64,000 nucleotides of DNA, taken from assembly GCA_964016885.1 (NCBI GenBank), contig OZ024742.1:289912001-289976000 (forward strand), given 5' to 3'. This document shows, one piece after another, positions 1-13,756 of this stretch (its first letter is position 1; each line of letters begins with the position of its first letter). This stretch comes from Eledone cirrhosa (lineage: Eukaryota). The position numbers were made by a program, and so were the translations under genes. The notes beneath the pieces are model-generated. The model searched no databases. It was not told the DNA's origin and worked only from the letters and a program-made list of their open reading frames with translations.

Positions 1-2920
1 TATAGCAGATGCAGAAATACATATACCGAAATATACTGTATTTCGTTCGGACAGGAAGGAGAGAACTCATGGTGGGGTTGCTCTGTATATCCGTGAAGAT
101 GTCACACCAATTGTACTGTTGACACATTCAAACTCAGTCTGTGACACACTGATAATACATATGAAGCAACTACAGACGGTAATATGTGTCACATATCGGC
201 CGCCCGATGCCCCCAGTCATGAGGGTAAATTTGAGGATAGCCTAAGTAGGATAGAAGAGGTCCTTGACAAACTGGACCAGGGTCTCAACATCCTACTGCT
301 GGGAGACTTCAACCTACCAAAGGTCAAATGGCCTGAGGGCCACCTCCTCCCTGGAATGACGTCAATAGAACAGAGACAGACGGAATCCCTGCTGGCCCTC
401 ACACACAGGCTGTTCATGGAGCAAGCAATACTCCTCCCAACAAGAGGCGAAAATGTCCTGGACCTCTGTTTTACAAACAACGAAGTGCTCATCCACAATG
501 TAAAGGTGACACCAACAATTCTCTCGGATCATAACTTGGTAGAGCTAATGATATGTTGTCCAAGAGAACCAACAGAGACAAAACCACCAAGAAGCTCCGG
601 GACGCTATCCAGCCTTAACTTCTACGGGGCTGACTGGAAGAAGATTAAGAGTGAAATCCGGAAGCAAACATGGAGTGCAAACATCGCCACACAAGACACT
701 AACACACAATTTCAACACTTCATGACAACGATACACACCATATGCAAAAAGTGTGTCCCGGAGAAAGAGGCAAACAGACACAAAAATCTTATTCCCAGAG
801 ATAGGAAAATCCTTATGAGACGTAGAACTAAACTCTCAAACCAGTTGAATAGTCAACAAAACCAAAACAAGAGGAAATCCTATTTGAAACGTGCACTACT
901 TGACACCGAGATTGCACTCAAGCTTTCACATGAGAATGAGAGGGCAAGGAAAGAGAACAGGGCCATAGAAAACATTAAAACAAACCCTAAGGCCTTCTTT
1001 AAATTTGCAAAAGAAACTGCCTCAGTACACTGCAAGATTGGACCACTCTTCCACACGGACGGTTCATTAACCGAAAATCCCCAAGAGATATGTGAAATAC
1101 TGAACGAACAGTACAAAAGTGTCTTCACATGTCCACTGAGGCACATGCAAATAACGAAGCCAGAGGAGTTCTTTGATGCCACAACACTACATCAAGAAAT
1201 GGCAACCATCAACCACATAGACATAACGGAGGAGGATGTGGTGTACGCCATTGATGAAATTAGAACAGACTCGGCTGCTGGACCTGATGGATTCCCAGCA
1301 GTTCTCCTAAAAATATGTAAGCGGGCCTTAGCAACTCCACTGAAGATGCTCTTCAGAAGCTCCTTGGCTAGCGGTGTACTACCCAGGGAGCTGAAAGAAG
1401 GCACAATATGCCCTATCCATAAAGGAGGTAGTAGAGCGGAGGCCAAGAACTATAGGCCAGTCTCCCTGACGTCGCATATCAGTAAGGTCATGGAGCGAGT
1501 CGTCAGAAAGAAACTAATCACTTTCCTCGAAGAAAATGACCGCCTGACTAGCACGCAACATGGCTTCCGCCCAGGAAGAAGCTGCCTTACACAGCTGCTA
1601 CATCACTACGACTGGGTGCTGAGACAACTACTAGACAGCTCACATGTAGACGTGATATATCTTGACTTTGCGAAGGCCTTTGACAAGGTCGACCACGGAA
1701 TGATATGTCACAAACTACACGGACTCGGCATAACTGGAAAAGTAGGTGAGTGGCTGCATGGCTTCCTAAGGGACAGAAGCCAGGCAGTCGCAGCAAATGG
1801 GGCCCTCTCGAGGGAAACACCGATAACAAGTGGGGTGCCTCAGGGGACAGTCCTGGGACCACTACTGTTTTTGGTGGCTCTCTCGGACATGCCTTCTGTG
1901 GTGCATGCAACAACATCCCTCACTAGCTATGCTGATGACACTAAGGTAGCACAGGCAATCAAAAACCAGGCTGACGCTGCCCTCTTACAGCAGGATCTGG
2001 ATGCCATATACAGATGGGCGGAAGAAAACAACATGCAGTTTAATGCTGGCAAATTCCAAGCCCTACAATACAAACCTGCAAACACAAACACAAATATAGC
2101 GGAACACAGCTACACAGGACCAGGAGGGACCGATATCCCCGTGTCAAAATCGATACGAGACCTGGGCATAGACATGAGCGATGATGCATCTTTTTCTTCA
2201 CACATCATGAAGGTGGCGACAGCATGTAGACGATTCGCTGGCTGGATCTTGAGGACTTTCCTTACAAGAGATCGAGACACCATGTTGACACTGTGGAGGA
2301 CTTTTGTCCTAAGCCGCTTGGACTACTGCTCCCAGCTGTGGTCACCCCATAGTGTCAAACTAACCACGGAGCTTGAGGCAATCCAGCGAAGCTACACCAA
2401 GAGGATTGCCAAGATGAGGGAGACAAGCTACTGGGAGAGGCTGAAGGAACTGAACCTCTACTCCTTGGAGCGAAGACGGGAGAGATACGCAGTGATCTAC
2501 ATGTGGAAAATCCTGGAGGGACTAGCACCAAACTTTGGCATTGGGAGCTGGACCAACCGTCGAACAGGACGTCACTGTGTGGTGCCAAAGGTCCCGTCTT
2601 CCACATCTAGAATAAGGAGCAGGTATTGCAATAGCCTGGGATTCAAGGGCCCTCAACTCTTCAACAGGCTGCCGAGGCATCTGCGAGACTTGCATGACGT
2701 GGAGGTGGATGTCTTTAAGAAACATCTCGACACCTTGTTATCCAGGATCCCGGATGAGCCCACAGCAAGACACGAGGGAAACCTAAGGGCAGCAGCAACA
2801 AACTCCCTCCTACACCAGTGGCCAACCTATACAGGCTGGAGATAAAATGTGTAGCAACAAGGGCGGTGCCCCAGCATGGCCTCAGCCGGATGGCTGAAAC
2901 AGGTAAAAGAGTAAAAGAGT
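1..2920 (+). mobile_element. CR1 LINE with short 3' UTR ending in (GTAAAAGA)2, abutting (TA)n
   Basis: ORF2 stop at 2845, about 75 bp of UTR, then microsatellite. Confidence 0.88.
2..2845 (+). CDS. CR1-clade LINE ORF2 (AP endonuclease + reverse transcriptase), open frame, start lies upstream of window
   Basis: Frame is open from base 2 (IADAEIHIP...GGVALYI). APE motifs YRPP, GDFN, LDL, SDH. RT motifs [41 protein letters not shown]1-type C-terminus [10 protein letters not shown]. Confidence 0.93.
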   Translation: MADAEIHIPKYTVFRSDRKERTHGGVALYIREDVTPIVLLTHSNSVCDTLIIHMKQLQTVICVTYRPPDAPSHEGKFEDSLSRIEEVLDKLDQGLNILLLGDFNLPKVKWPEGHLLPGMTSIEQRQTESLLALTHRLFMEQAILLPTRGENVLDLCFTNNEVLIHNVKVTPTILSDHNLVELMICCPREPTETKPPRSSGTLSSLNFYGADWKKIKSEIRKQTWSANIATQDTNTQFQHFMTTIHTICKKCVPEKEANRHKNLIPRDRKILMRRRTKLSNQLNSQQNQNKRKSYLKRALLDTEIALKLSHENERARKENRAIENIKTNPKAFFKFAKETASVHCKIGPLFHTDGSLTENPQEICEILNEQYKSVFTCPLRHMQITKPEEFFDATTLHQEMATINHIDITEEDVVYAIDEIRTDSAAGPDGFPAVLLKICKRALATPLKMLFRSSLASGVLPRELKEGTICPIHKGGSRAEAKNYRPVSLTSHISKVMERVVRKKLITFLEENDRLTSTQHGFRPGRSCLTQLLHHYDWVLRQLLDSSHVDVIYLDFAKAFDKVDHGMICHKLHGLGITGKVGEWLHGFLRDRSQAVAANGALSRETPITSGVPQGTVLGPLLFLVALSDMPSVVHATTSLTSYADDTKVAQAIKNQADAALLQQDLDAIYRWAEENNMQFNAGKFQALQYKPANTNTNIAEHSYTGPGGTDIPVSKSIRDLGIDMSDDASFSSHIMKVATACRRFAGWILRTFLTRDRDTMLTLWRTFVLSRLDYCSQLWSPHSVKLTTELEAIQRSYTKRIAKMRETSYWERLKELNLYSLERRRERYAVIYMWKILEGLAPNFGIGSWTNRRTGRHCVVPKVPSSTSRIRSRYCNSLGFKGPQLFNRLPRHLRDLHDVEVDVFKKHLDTLLSRIPDEPTARHEGNLRAAATNSLLHQWPTYTGWR

Positions 2921-3002
2921 ATGTGTATATATATACATATATATATATGTATATATATATATATATGTATATATATACATATATATATATGTATATATAT
3001 AC

Positions 3003-3051
<49 letters not shown>

Positions 3052-3060
3052 TATATATAC

Positions 3061-3111
<51 letters not shown>

Positions 3112-3164
3112 TATATACATATATATATTTATATACATATATATAAATATATATATATGTATAT
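2921..3164. repeat. compound (TA)n/(TATG) microsatellite
   Basis: Read directly from sequence. Confidence 0.95.
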
Positions 3165-3227
3165 AAAATATTAAAAAAATAATGAATAAAACAAAGAAAC
3201 AGTTCCTTATATTAAACAAGAAAAGTT

Positions 3228-3366
3228 CATTATTTAACGATCGTTTCTAGGACATATATGTGTTAGAATTGGCATGCATATTCAAAAGATCTATGTACAA
3301 AATTATACAAACTATCAAGGAGAATATACATACCATCACATATATATGCTGTCTTCAGACATAATG
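3228..3366 (-). ncRNA. type I hammerhead-like motif with long stem II (3' pLTR)
   Basis: Minus strand reads CATTATGT-CTGAAGA...GAAAC-GATC-GTT-AAATAATG. Stem III is palindromic. Confidence 0.6.
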
Positions 3367-3724
3367 AAGTATATTTATTGATAATAACAACAATTCAAAA
3401 TTACAGGTCTGTTTGGGAACAGATTTTAAATAGACCAATGAAATACATAAAAATTCATCAAGAAAATACAGTTAGGTGTGTGTATATATGTAAGTAACTT
3501 CGTTCACAGATATGCATAAAAATGTATGTTCACATGCATACGCATGTCGAAAAAGTGTATGTAAATATAAAAATTTAGGGCTAATGTCTCTGTATGTTTA
3601 TAATCCACAGACAAAATATACATACATATACATATATATATACATACATATATACACACATATACATACATTCATACACACACACGCATATACACATAAA
3701 CACACACATACCTACGAACACACA

Positions 3725-3758
<34 letters not shown>

Positions 3759-4138
3759 TACGTATATATTATTATTATAACTATATGGATATTGAGGCGC
3801 ACACATAAACACGGCCACACACACTTACATTTAGATGCAGAATTAAAAGGAGGTAAGGGAGTAAGTAATTAAAAGAGAGTGTCAGACTCAGCATATTTAT
3901 AAAAATGTATCTATAAATTTAGAAATAAAAAGAAACATAATAAAAGAAATATAATAAAAACATAAAAGAGACATAAAATATACATGCTTATATACATACG
4001 CACATTTACACATCCATACGTTCGATACATACATACGTACACACACACACATACACATACTTAACCTCACGCATATTAACCTGTTTGTATGCATATACAT
4101 AAAAACAAGTAAAACATATACTCATACATATAAATACA

Positions 4139-4176
<38 letters not shown>

Positions 4177-4181
<5 letters not shown>

Positions 4182-5402
4182 GAATAATCGAGTATCGAAA
4201 AATCGGCGCACGAGTTCACGATAAACAAAATTCGAGATGATCGGCAGAGGGCTCTATAATTCAAATAAATTAGAGCTATAACTATCGTTAAAATACCGTC
4301 ACACGTAGAATATGTCTACAATCAACCAAATAACCGAAAAGTTCGATATGGAAGATTCGGGCCACTCAGATAAATTATCAATAAATCAATAAATGAAATG
4401 AATGTAAAATGCATACCCGGACCCACTAGAGAGATGGAATATCTAGCTTCTTGGGTTTCTGTAAATCCTTAAACCGTCATCTATCAGCTCATATAAAAAT
4501 ATAAGCTTTACAGATAATGGGGGACTGGAGTTACTTCATCAACGAGCTTCGTCCGAATGGATAAAAAGATAAGACCCAGGCTAAAAATACGCACATGGAT
4601 TTCAGCAAGGGAGATAACCCTTATATCCGCAAAAATATTCGGAAAAATGTGACAAAAACACATATCGAATAAGAGTGCTCAATAGACATGTTAAAATAAA
4701 CAGGGGCTATTCATCATTTAATAGAATCGACAAAAAATGAACAATAAAATTAACTGGTCAATAGCTAAGTCTAGAGCTAAATATAGTAGAATAATCGAGT
4801 ATCGAAAAATCGGCGCACGAGTTCACGATAAACAAAATTCGAGATGATCGGCAGAGGGCTCTATAATTCAAATAAATTAGAGCTATAACTATCGTTAAAA
4901 TACCGTCACACGTAGAATATGTCTACAATCAACCAAATAACCGAAAAGTTCGATATGGAAGATTCGGGCCACTCAGATAAATTATCAATAAATCAATAAA
5001 TGAAATGAATGTAAAATGCATACCCGGACCCACTAGAGAGATGGAATATCTAGCTTCTTGGGTTTCTGTAAATCCTTAAACCGTCATCTATCAGCTCATA
5101 TAAAAATATAAGCTTTACAGATAATGGGGGACTGGAGTTACTTCATCAACGAGCTTCGTCCGAATGGATAAAAAGATAAGACCCAGGCTAAAAATACGCA
5201 CATGGATTTCAGCAAGGGAGATAACCCTTATATCCGCAAAAATATTCGGAAAAATGTGACAAAAACACATATCGAATAAGAGTGCTCAATAGACATGTTA
5301 AAATAAACAGGGGCTATTCATCATTTAATAGAATCGACAAAAAATGAACAATAAAATTAACTGGTCAATAGCTAAGTCTAGAGCTAAATATAGTAGAATA
5401 AT
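4177..5402. repeat. two head-to-tail copies of a 607-bp non-coding unit inserted in (TA)n
   Basis: AGTAGAATAAT recurs at 4178, 4785 and 5392. The copies look identical by eye. Confidence 0.9.
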
Positions 5403-5473
5403 ATACATATATATATACACATACACACAACACACATATATACATATATGTACACACACATACACACATACAT

Positions 5474-5505
<32 letters not shown>

Positions 5506-5748
5506 ATATATATATACACACATATATATACACACACACACATACATATACATATATATACATACACACACTTACCCATGTATATATACACACAACCACA
5601 CACACACACAGACACATAAATATAGAGACATACATACACATATATATATATATATATATAAAAAATAAATAAATACACACAGTCAGACAATTATGCACAT
5701 ATATACACATACATACACACATCTCTACATACACATACATACATACAC

Positions 5749-5812
<64 letters not shown>

Positions 5813-5999
5813 TCATACACACTTATTTACATGCGCACATATGTATTTTTATACTCACATACAAACACACAAACATACATACATACTTACATACACATAC
5901 ATATATCCACGCTTACAAATACGAATAATTATGGTGGGGGGGGGATTTAAAATTATTAGTGGGAAATAGTAAATATAGGTTTCAAGGAACAGAGAATAT

Positions 6000-6995
6000 T
6001 AATCTGCATTTAAATCATAATATGTGTTTACATAGTAGTGTCAGTATTAGGAAATGGTATTTGTAAGAAAGAAGGCTAAATTATGCATTTTAATATAAGT
6101 AGACTATTAATTATAGGTTAATTAAAGTAAAAATAGTTAATATATTAATTTCTAAGGTGTATATTACTTAGGTTTATAATATTTAAAGCGGAATTTTGAA
6201 GTTAAACAGTAGTAGAGTATTAATTATAGCATAACTAAATTAAAGATATTAACATGATGGTATCAATTTTAGGAAATGAATTTTGTAATAGGGAAAGCCA
6301 AATTAAGTATTTCATCGGTAGTAGAATATTAATTATAGGTTAACTAAATTAAAAATTATATATTAATTTCTATAGTATATGTTAATTAGGTTTATAATAA
6401 TTAAAGCAAAATTTTGTATTTTATCTATAGTAGAATATAATTATAGGTTAACTAAATTAAAATTAATCTATATATTTATTTGTAAAGAATATATTAATTA
6501 GGTATATATTTAAAAGTTTTTCTCAGTTTATGATTACACGATATTCTGCAATCCATCTGTATTAGAATTTTAATTTTAAGCTAACTAAATTAAAATTATA
6601 GGTTAACTAAATTAAAATTAATTTATAAATTAATTTCTAAATTGTATATTAATTAGGTTTATAATATTAAAAAGTATTTCTCTGTTATTGATTACACGAT
6701 ATTTTGTTATATTTCATCTGTAAAGGAATTTTAATAAAAGGTTAAATAAACTAAAATTAATCTATATATTAATTTCCAAAGTATATATTAATTATGTTAA
6801 TAATATGTAAAAGTTTTTCACAGTTTATGATTACACGATATTTTTTAAATTTCATCTGTAGTAGAATTTTAATTAAATTAAAATTATAGGTTAACTACAT
6901 TTAAATTAATTTATATATTAATTTCTAAAATATATATTATTAATTAGGTTTATAATATTTAAATGTTTTTCTCAGTTTATGATTACACGATATAA
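6000..6995. repeat. degenerate ~140-160 bp tandem repeats derived from the PLE ORF 3' end
   Basis: Variants of TTAGGTTTATAATA...CAGTTTATGATTACACGATA near 6500, 6655, 6795 and 6945. They decay leftwards. Confidence 0.75.
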
Positions 6996-9414
6996 TTAAT
7001 TCCTGTCGCTTATTTAATAGGATATCCTTAGATTTCATTATTTCAAATAGTTCTTGGGAACACAATCTACATTCATTTCTATTATTTTGATAAGGGGTGG
7101 CTCTTTTGAGCACACTCCAGGTCATATCATATTCTATATTCTTATTTCTATAACTATTAATTGTTTCTGCTAGAGATGTTGTATTAGCCAGTGCGGCATT
7201 TTTAAAACTATGTTTGTGGGTATTAAACCTTACCTTAAAATTGTTAGAAGTAGCTCCTATATATGAGCAAATAGAATCTTTAGTTTTAACTTTACATTTA
7301 TAAACTATGTTGTTAACAAGACAATTTCCTTTTAATGGGCAGTTTACTTTGTTTCTACAGTTACAACCTTTCGTTAATTCTGTATTTGAGGAGATATTAT
7401 GGTTAGTTTGATGTATTGGTGGTATACTTATGGTTTTTTTACATTTATATGCATTATAGGCACTTATATTTTGTTTTATGTTTTTGGTTGTTGAGTATGA
7501 GAATTTAACTGTTGATCTATTTAAGATTTGATGGTATTTGTGGTTTGGCGGGAAGTTTTTCTCTAGGATATTAAAAAAATGTTTAGCTATATTATCCTTA
7601 ATTTGTAAATTAAATGGAGCATTATACCAAGTAACTCGTCTATTACGGTTTCTATGTTGTTTATTGTTTTTATAGGATGCATCGTGATGTTTACTAGGAG
7701 GATTAATGTTAATGACCTCACCACGCACATTTTTAGTTAGATTTATTGATTTAGGTGTTTTAGCTTGTTTATAAGGAGTTTTATTATTAACATTTATTAG
7801 AGTTGTATGATGAGTAGTTTTTTGAGAGTTACTATACTTTATATTAGAGGAGTTAGAGAAATTTGGTTTTATGTTGGTATTTTGGGGTATAGTGTGAGTG
7901 GCATTTAGGTGTGTACTTTTCATTTGGTGTTTGTTGGTAATATTAGGTTGTATGTTTATAGTGTTATTAGTAGAAGGTATATATTCCAATCTATTTTTGT
8001 GGCCACTTCTATCTAGAGCTTCGTTATAGAAGGTCGCATTTTTATCAAATACATCTTGGTTAGACGAAAGGTTAGAAATTCTAAGTGATATATTATATGC
8101 AAGGTTTTTAAGGATAGATTTAGGGTGATTAGATTGTGAGTGTATGTAGTGTAAGTTTTGGTTGGGTTTATGGTAAGGTTGGTAGATACCCGTAGCTAAG
8201 TCTAAAGTTATATCTAGGAAATTAACTACTTTACTTGTGTTTTCAAAATTAATATGAAGACTATAATAGTCTTTAAGGAAAGTTCTAATAAGCTTTTTGT
8301 TTTTTTCTATTTCTGAGAGGCTAAGGTTGTTGGAAAGAAGAAGACGGTCATCACGATATAAACCACCTTTAAGGTGGGGAAAGGAAGCATTTATGTTAAA
8401 AAGAAGAAAGAGGCCCACAAGATCAGTAATTTGGGCAGAATCGCTTGAACCCATAGTAATATCAAATAGATTTCTATATGTGTTTCTGGTCCAGTATTCA
8501 TTCTGAAATTCAATAAGTGTTAGTCTAGCATGTGTAATAATATTAATGTCATCCAAAGTTAAGTTAGATCTATTTTTAGCAAATATCAAAGCTTTGTTCA
8601 GGAGTATAGGTGATATAGAAGAATAGTAATTATCTATATCAAATTGTAGAATTGAAGCAGAAAATTTACATCTAATATTTTTAAACCAGTTAATTACCTG
8701 GGAAGTGTTTTCCCAGAGTGGTAAATTAACATGTTTTCTTATTTGTGGGATGACTCTATCCAAAATATTTTTGCTAATTATTCCAATATCAGATTTGGAG
8801 GGACATATAAGTCTTATAGAAGGATTTGAGTTAAAGTTTGATTTATGATCTTTCAGGTTGAAGTGTGGTCTTTTCAGTGCCAAAGGTTCAGTTCTATCTT
8901 CAATATTTAGTTTATTCACTATGTTGTGTGTTTTGTTGTTGATGTTGGTGAGTGACGCATTATTAGTTTTTCTATAATTTTTCCTGAGTTCTTTATATAT
9001 GAACTCATTGTAATTTTCAATATCCATGTGATATAAGTTTCCAGTTTTGTCCGAGTGGACATGGATTTTTTTAGACTTTTTTAGGTCCAATAGGGTAGAA
9101 TCAAGGTCCTTTTGAAAGATAGATTTATACTTCTTAAATTTGAGGTGTTTAATTAAATTAAAAAGGTCTTTCTCAAAGTCTTCAAGTAGAGAGTTGTGTG
9201 GTGGATTCTTGTAAGTAATGAAATCATACATATATTTCCTATCTGTATATTTAGATTTTTTATCGAAGTGGTAGGCCCTCCATCTAACTCGTCTGATAAA
9301 TTGGTTAGTTTTCTGTATCATAAGGAGTAAGAAGTCATCCTTAGAAGGTATTGGTATATTCTTTAAAGAAGTTCCCAAGTATTGTTTTTCCATTGTGATA
9401 TGGATAATCGACAA
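6940..9414 (-). CDS. Penelope/Poseidon-type reverse transcriptase + GIY-YIG endonuclease (first ATG at 9393)
   Basis: Motifs SLKNIPIP, DKT, LKDHK, RLICPSKS, FDIDNYYSSI, MGS, GLYRDD, FLDITL. C-terminal CNCRNKVNCP, IVY...YIG and CRLC. Uninterrupted 824 aa. Confidence 0.92.
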   Translation of the reverse strand: MSIIHITMEKQYLGTSLKNIPIPSKDDFLLLMIQKTNQFIRRVRWRAYHFDKKSKYTDRKYMYDFITYKNPPHNSLLEDFEKDLFNLIKHLKFKKYKSIFQKDLDSTLLDLKKSKKIHVHSDKTGNLYHMDIENYNEFIYKELRKNYRKTNNASLTNINNKTHNIVNKLNIEDRTEPLALKRPHFNLKDHKSNFNSNPSIRLICPSKSDIGIISKNILDRVIPQIRKHVNLPLWENTSQVINWFKNIRCKFSASILQFDIDNYYSSISPILLNKALIFAKNRSNLTLDDINIITHARLTLIEFQNEYWTRNTYRNLFDITMGSSDSAQITDLVGLFLLFNINASFPHLKGGLYRDDRLLLSNNLSLSEIEKNKKLIRTFLKDYYSLHINFENTSKVVNFLDITLDLATGIYQPYHKPNQNLHYIHSQSNHPKSILKNLAYNISLRISNLSSNQDVFDKNATFYNEALDRSGHKNRLEYIPSTNNTINIQPNITNKHQMKSTHLNATHTIPQNTNIKPNFSNSSNIKYSNSQKTTHHTTLINVNNKTPYKQAKTPKSINLTKNVRGEVININPPSKHHDASYKNNKQHRNRNRRVTWYNAPFNLQIKDNIAKHFFNILEKNFPPNHKYHQILNRSTVKFSYSTTKNIKQNISAYNAYKCKKTISIPPIHQTNHNISSNTELTKGCNCRNKVNCPLKGNCLVNNIVYKCKVKTKDSICSYIGATSNNFKVRFNTHKHSFKNAALANTTSLAETINSYRNKNIEYDMTWSVLKRATPYQNNRNECRLCSQELFEIMKSKDILLNKRQELIISCNHKLRKTFKYYKPN

Positions 9415-9744
9415 GAGAAAGAGCTCAACTAAATGTATATGGAGTTATAAAATCATACATATATATGTATATACATAAATATAAAATTAACACACATATA
9501 CAATACAAAAATAAGGATACTTCCGTGAAAATAGGAGCAAATTATGTAGATAAATCTACCAAAAGTTTACGGTAGTGTCCAATCCGTATGAAGAAGTCAA
9601 TGTAATCCGGATATCATGGAAAGAAGAGATGCATTCAAAAATCACTTTCGGTGAAAGATAAACGGAATACAGAGTCAAGATAAAATATTTAAAAAATAAT
9701 AAATAAAACAAAGAAACAGTTCCTTATATTAAACAAAAAAAGTT

Positions 9745-9882
9745 CATTATTTAACGATCGTTTCTAGGACATATATGTGTTAGAATTGGCATGCATATTC
9801 AAAAGATCTATGTACAAAATTATACAAACTATCAAGGAGAATATACATACCATCACATATATATGCTGTCTTCAGAAATAAT
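9745..9882 (-). ncRNA. type I hammerhead-like motif (5' pLTR copy)
   Basis: Same motif as 3228-3366, with stem I ATTATTT/AAATAAT. Confidence 0.6.
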
Positions 9883-10063
9883 TGTTTCTACTTTAGGCAC
9901 AAGGCCAGCAATTACCCAGTGCATTACTGGTACTTTATTTTATCGACCCCGTAAGGATGAAAGGCAAAGTTAACCTCGGCTGGATTTGAACTCAGATCGT
10001 AAAGGGACGTAACTATGCTGGAAAGCATGACGTCCGACCCTCTACCGATACTGCCAATCCACC
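9883..10063 (-). mobile_element. tRNA-derived SINE (Nin/Deu-like central domain) with 19-bp TSD
   Basis: Box A TGGCAGTATCGG, box B GAGTTCAAATCC, core GCCTTTCATCCTTACGGGGTCGATAAAA. TSD TGCTGTCTTCAGAAATAAT at 9864-9882 and 10064-10082. The empty site is visible in the other pLTR. Confidence 0.9.
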
Positions 10064-10843
10064 TGCTGTCTTCAGAAATAATGAAGTATATTTATTGATA
10101 ATAACAACAATTCAAAATTACAGGTCTGTTTGGGAACAGATTTTAAATAGACCAATGAAATACATAAAAATTTATCAAGAAAATACAGTTAGGTGTGTGT
10201 ATATATGTAAGTAACTTCGTTCACAGATATGCATAAAAATGTATGTTCACATGCATACGCATGTCGAAAAAGTGTATGTAAATATAAAAATTTAGGGCTA
10301 ATGTCTCTGTATGTTTATAATCCACAGACAAAATATACATATACATACATATACATATACATACATATACATACATTCATACACACACACGCATATACAT
10401 ATAAACACACACATACCTACGAACACACATACATATATACACACACACACACACATACGTATATATTATTATTATAACTATATGGATATTGAGGCGCACA
10501 CATAAACATGGCCACACACACTTACATTTAGATGCAGAATTAAAAGGAGGTAAGGGAGTAAGTAATTAAAAGAGAGTGTCAGACTCAGCATATTTATAAA
10601 AATGTATCTATAAATTTAGAAATAAAAAGAAACATAATAAAAGAAATATAATAAAAACATAAAAAAACATAAAAGAGAGACATAAAATATACATGCTTAT
10701 ATACATACGCACATTTACACATCCATACGTTCGATACATACATACGTACACACACATACACATACTTAACCTCACGCATATTAACCTGTTTGTATGCATA
10801 TACATAAAAACAAGTAAAACATATACTCATACATATAAATACA

Positions 10844-10890
<47 letters not shown>

Positions 10891-10892
<2 letters not shown>

Positions 10893-11200
10893 TCAGGTTT
10901 GAGGTTCACCACTGTATAGAGCTGGTCTATTCCGTATGGTCAATCGTAATGCAATAATATAGAGAGTACTCAACGTAAAGCAGTTCAACCGTCTTTGTTT
11001 TTGTAGTTGGTGGTGCTATTACGGAGTTAAATATTATAATGAAATGACAGGAGGCTGGATTTGTGTAAATCCTTGAAAGGTTTATTATACTATGATCATT
11101 TCAATGACCGGATTCATACGGAACCCGGTCATTGAAATGATCATAGTATAATAAACCTTTCAAGGATTTACACAAATCCAGCCTCCTGTCATTTCATTAT
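10891..11200. mobile_element. foldback fragment of the HHR inverted-repeat family seen at 23598-26146
   Basis: Matches 23598-23818. Perfect 76-bp arms at 11036-11111 and 11125-11200. Confidence 0.85.
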
Positions 11201-13348
<2,148 letters not shown>

Positions 13349-13626
13349 TCATCATCATCATCACCGTTTTACGTCCGTTCTTCCACGCTAGCATGGGTTA
13401 GACAGGTTGTCCTGTTGTGGGCAGTGTCCGGTCAAAAGTTTGTTGTTGAGACATAATAATTCTATCATGGCAATTTGTGGAAGGAAGGGGTAGCTGAACC
13501 TGCCAGTAGGAGAAAGAGGGAGAGGGGGTGGAGGAGACCCAGTCATGCGTTGATAGTGCCGACTACAGTTGGGCATGAGGTCAAAGAAGATACTAGGGAA
13601 GATACACTTTTACCATATATGGAATT

Positions 13627-13722
13627 ACCCCTTGAGAAGCTCGGCTATTCAAATACCAGGATAAAAATGTTCATTTAGTCCAGAATTAGCCGTCGAAACG
13701 GCTTCAGCTCAGCCGTCGGGGT
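13627..13722 (+). ncRNA. type I hammerhead ribozyme, U3-A8 core variant
   Basis: ACCCC-TTGAGAA-G..CGGCTA...TAGCCG.C-GAAA-CGGC(loop)GCCG-TC-GGGGT. Predicted GUC cleavage after 13717. Confidence 0.75.
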
Positions 13723-13756
13723 CCTACTCGTTCCTATATATATATGTATATGTAGA

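Noticed and set aside
9883-10063. tRNA gene
   Set aside because: The A/B boxes belong to a SINE head. It has a TSD and multiple copies, and no cloverleaf.
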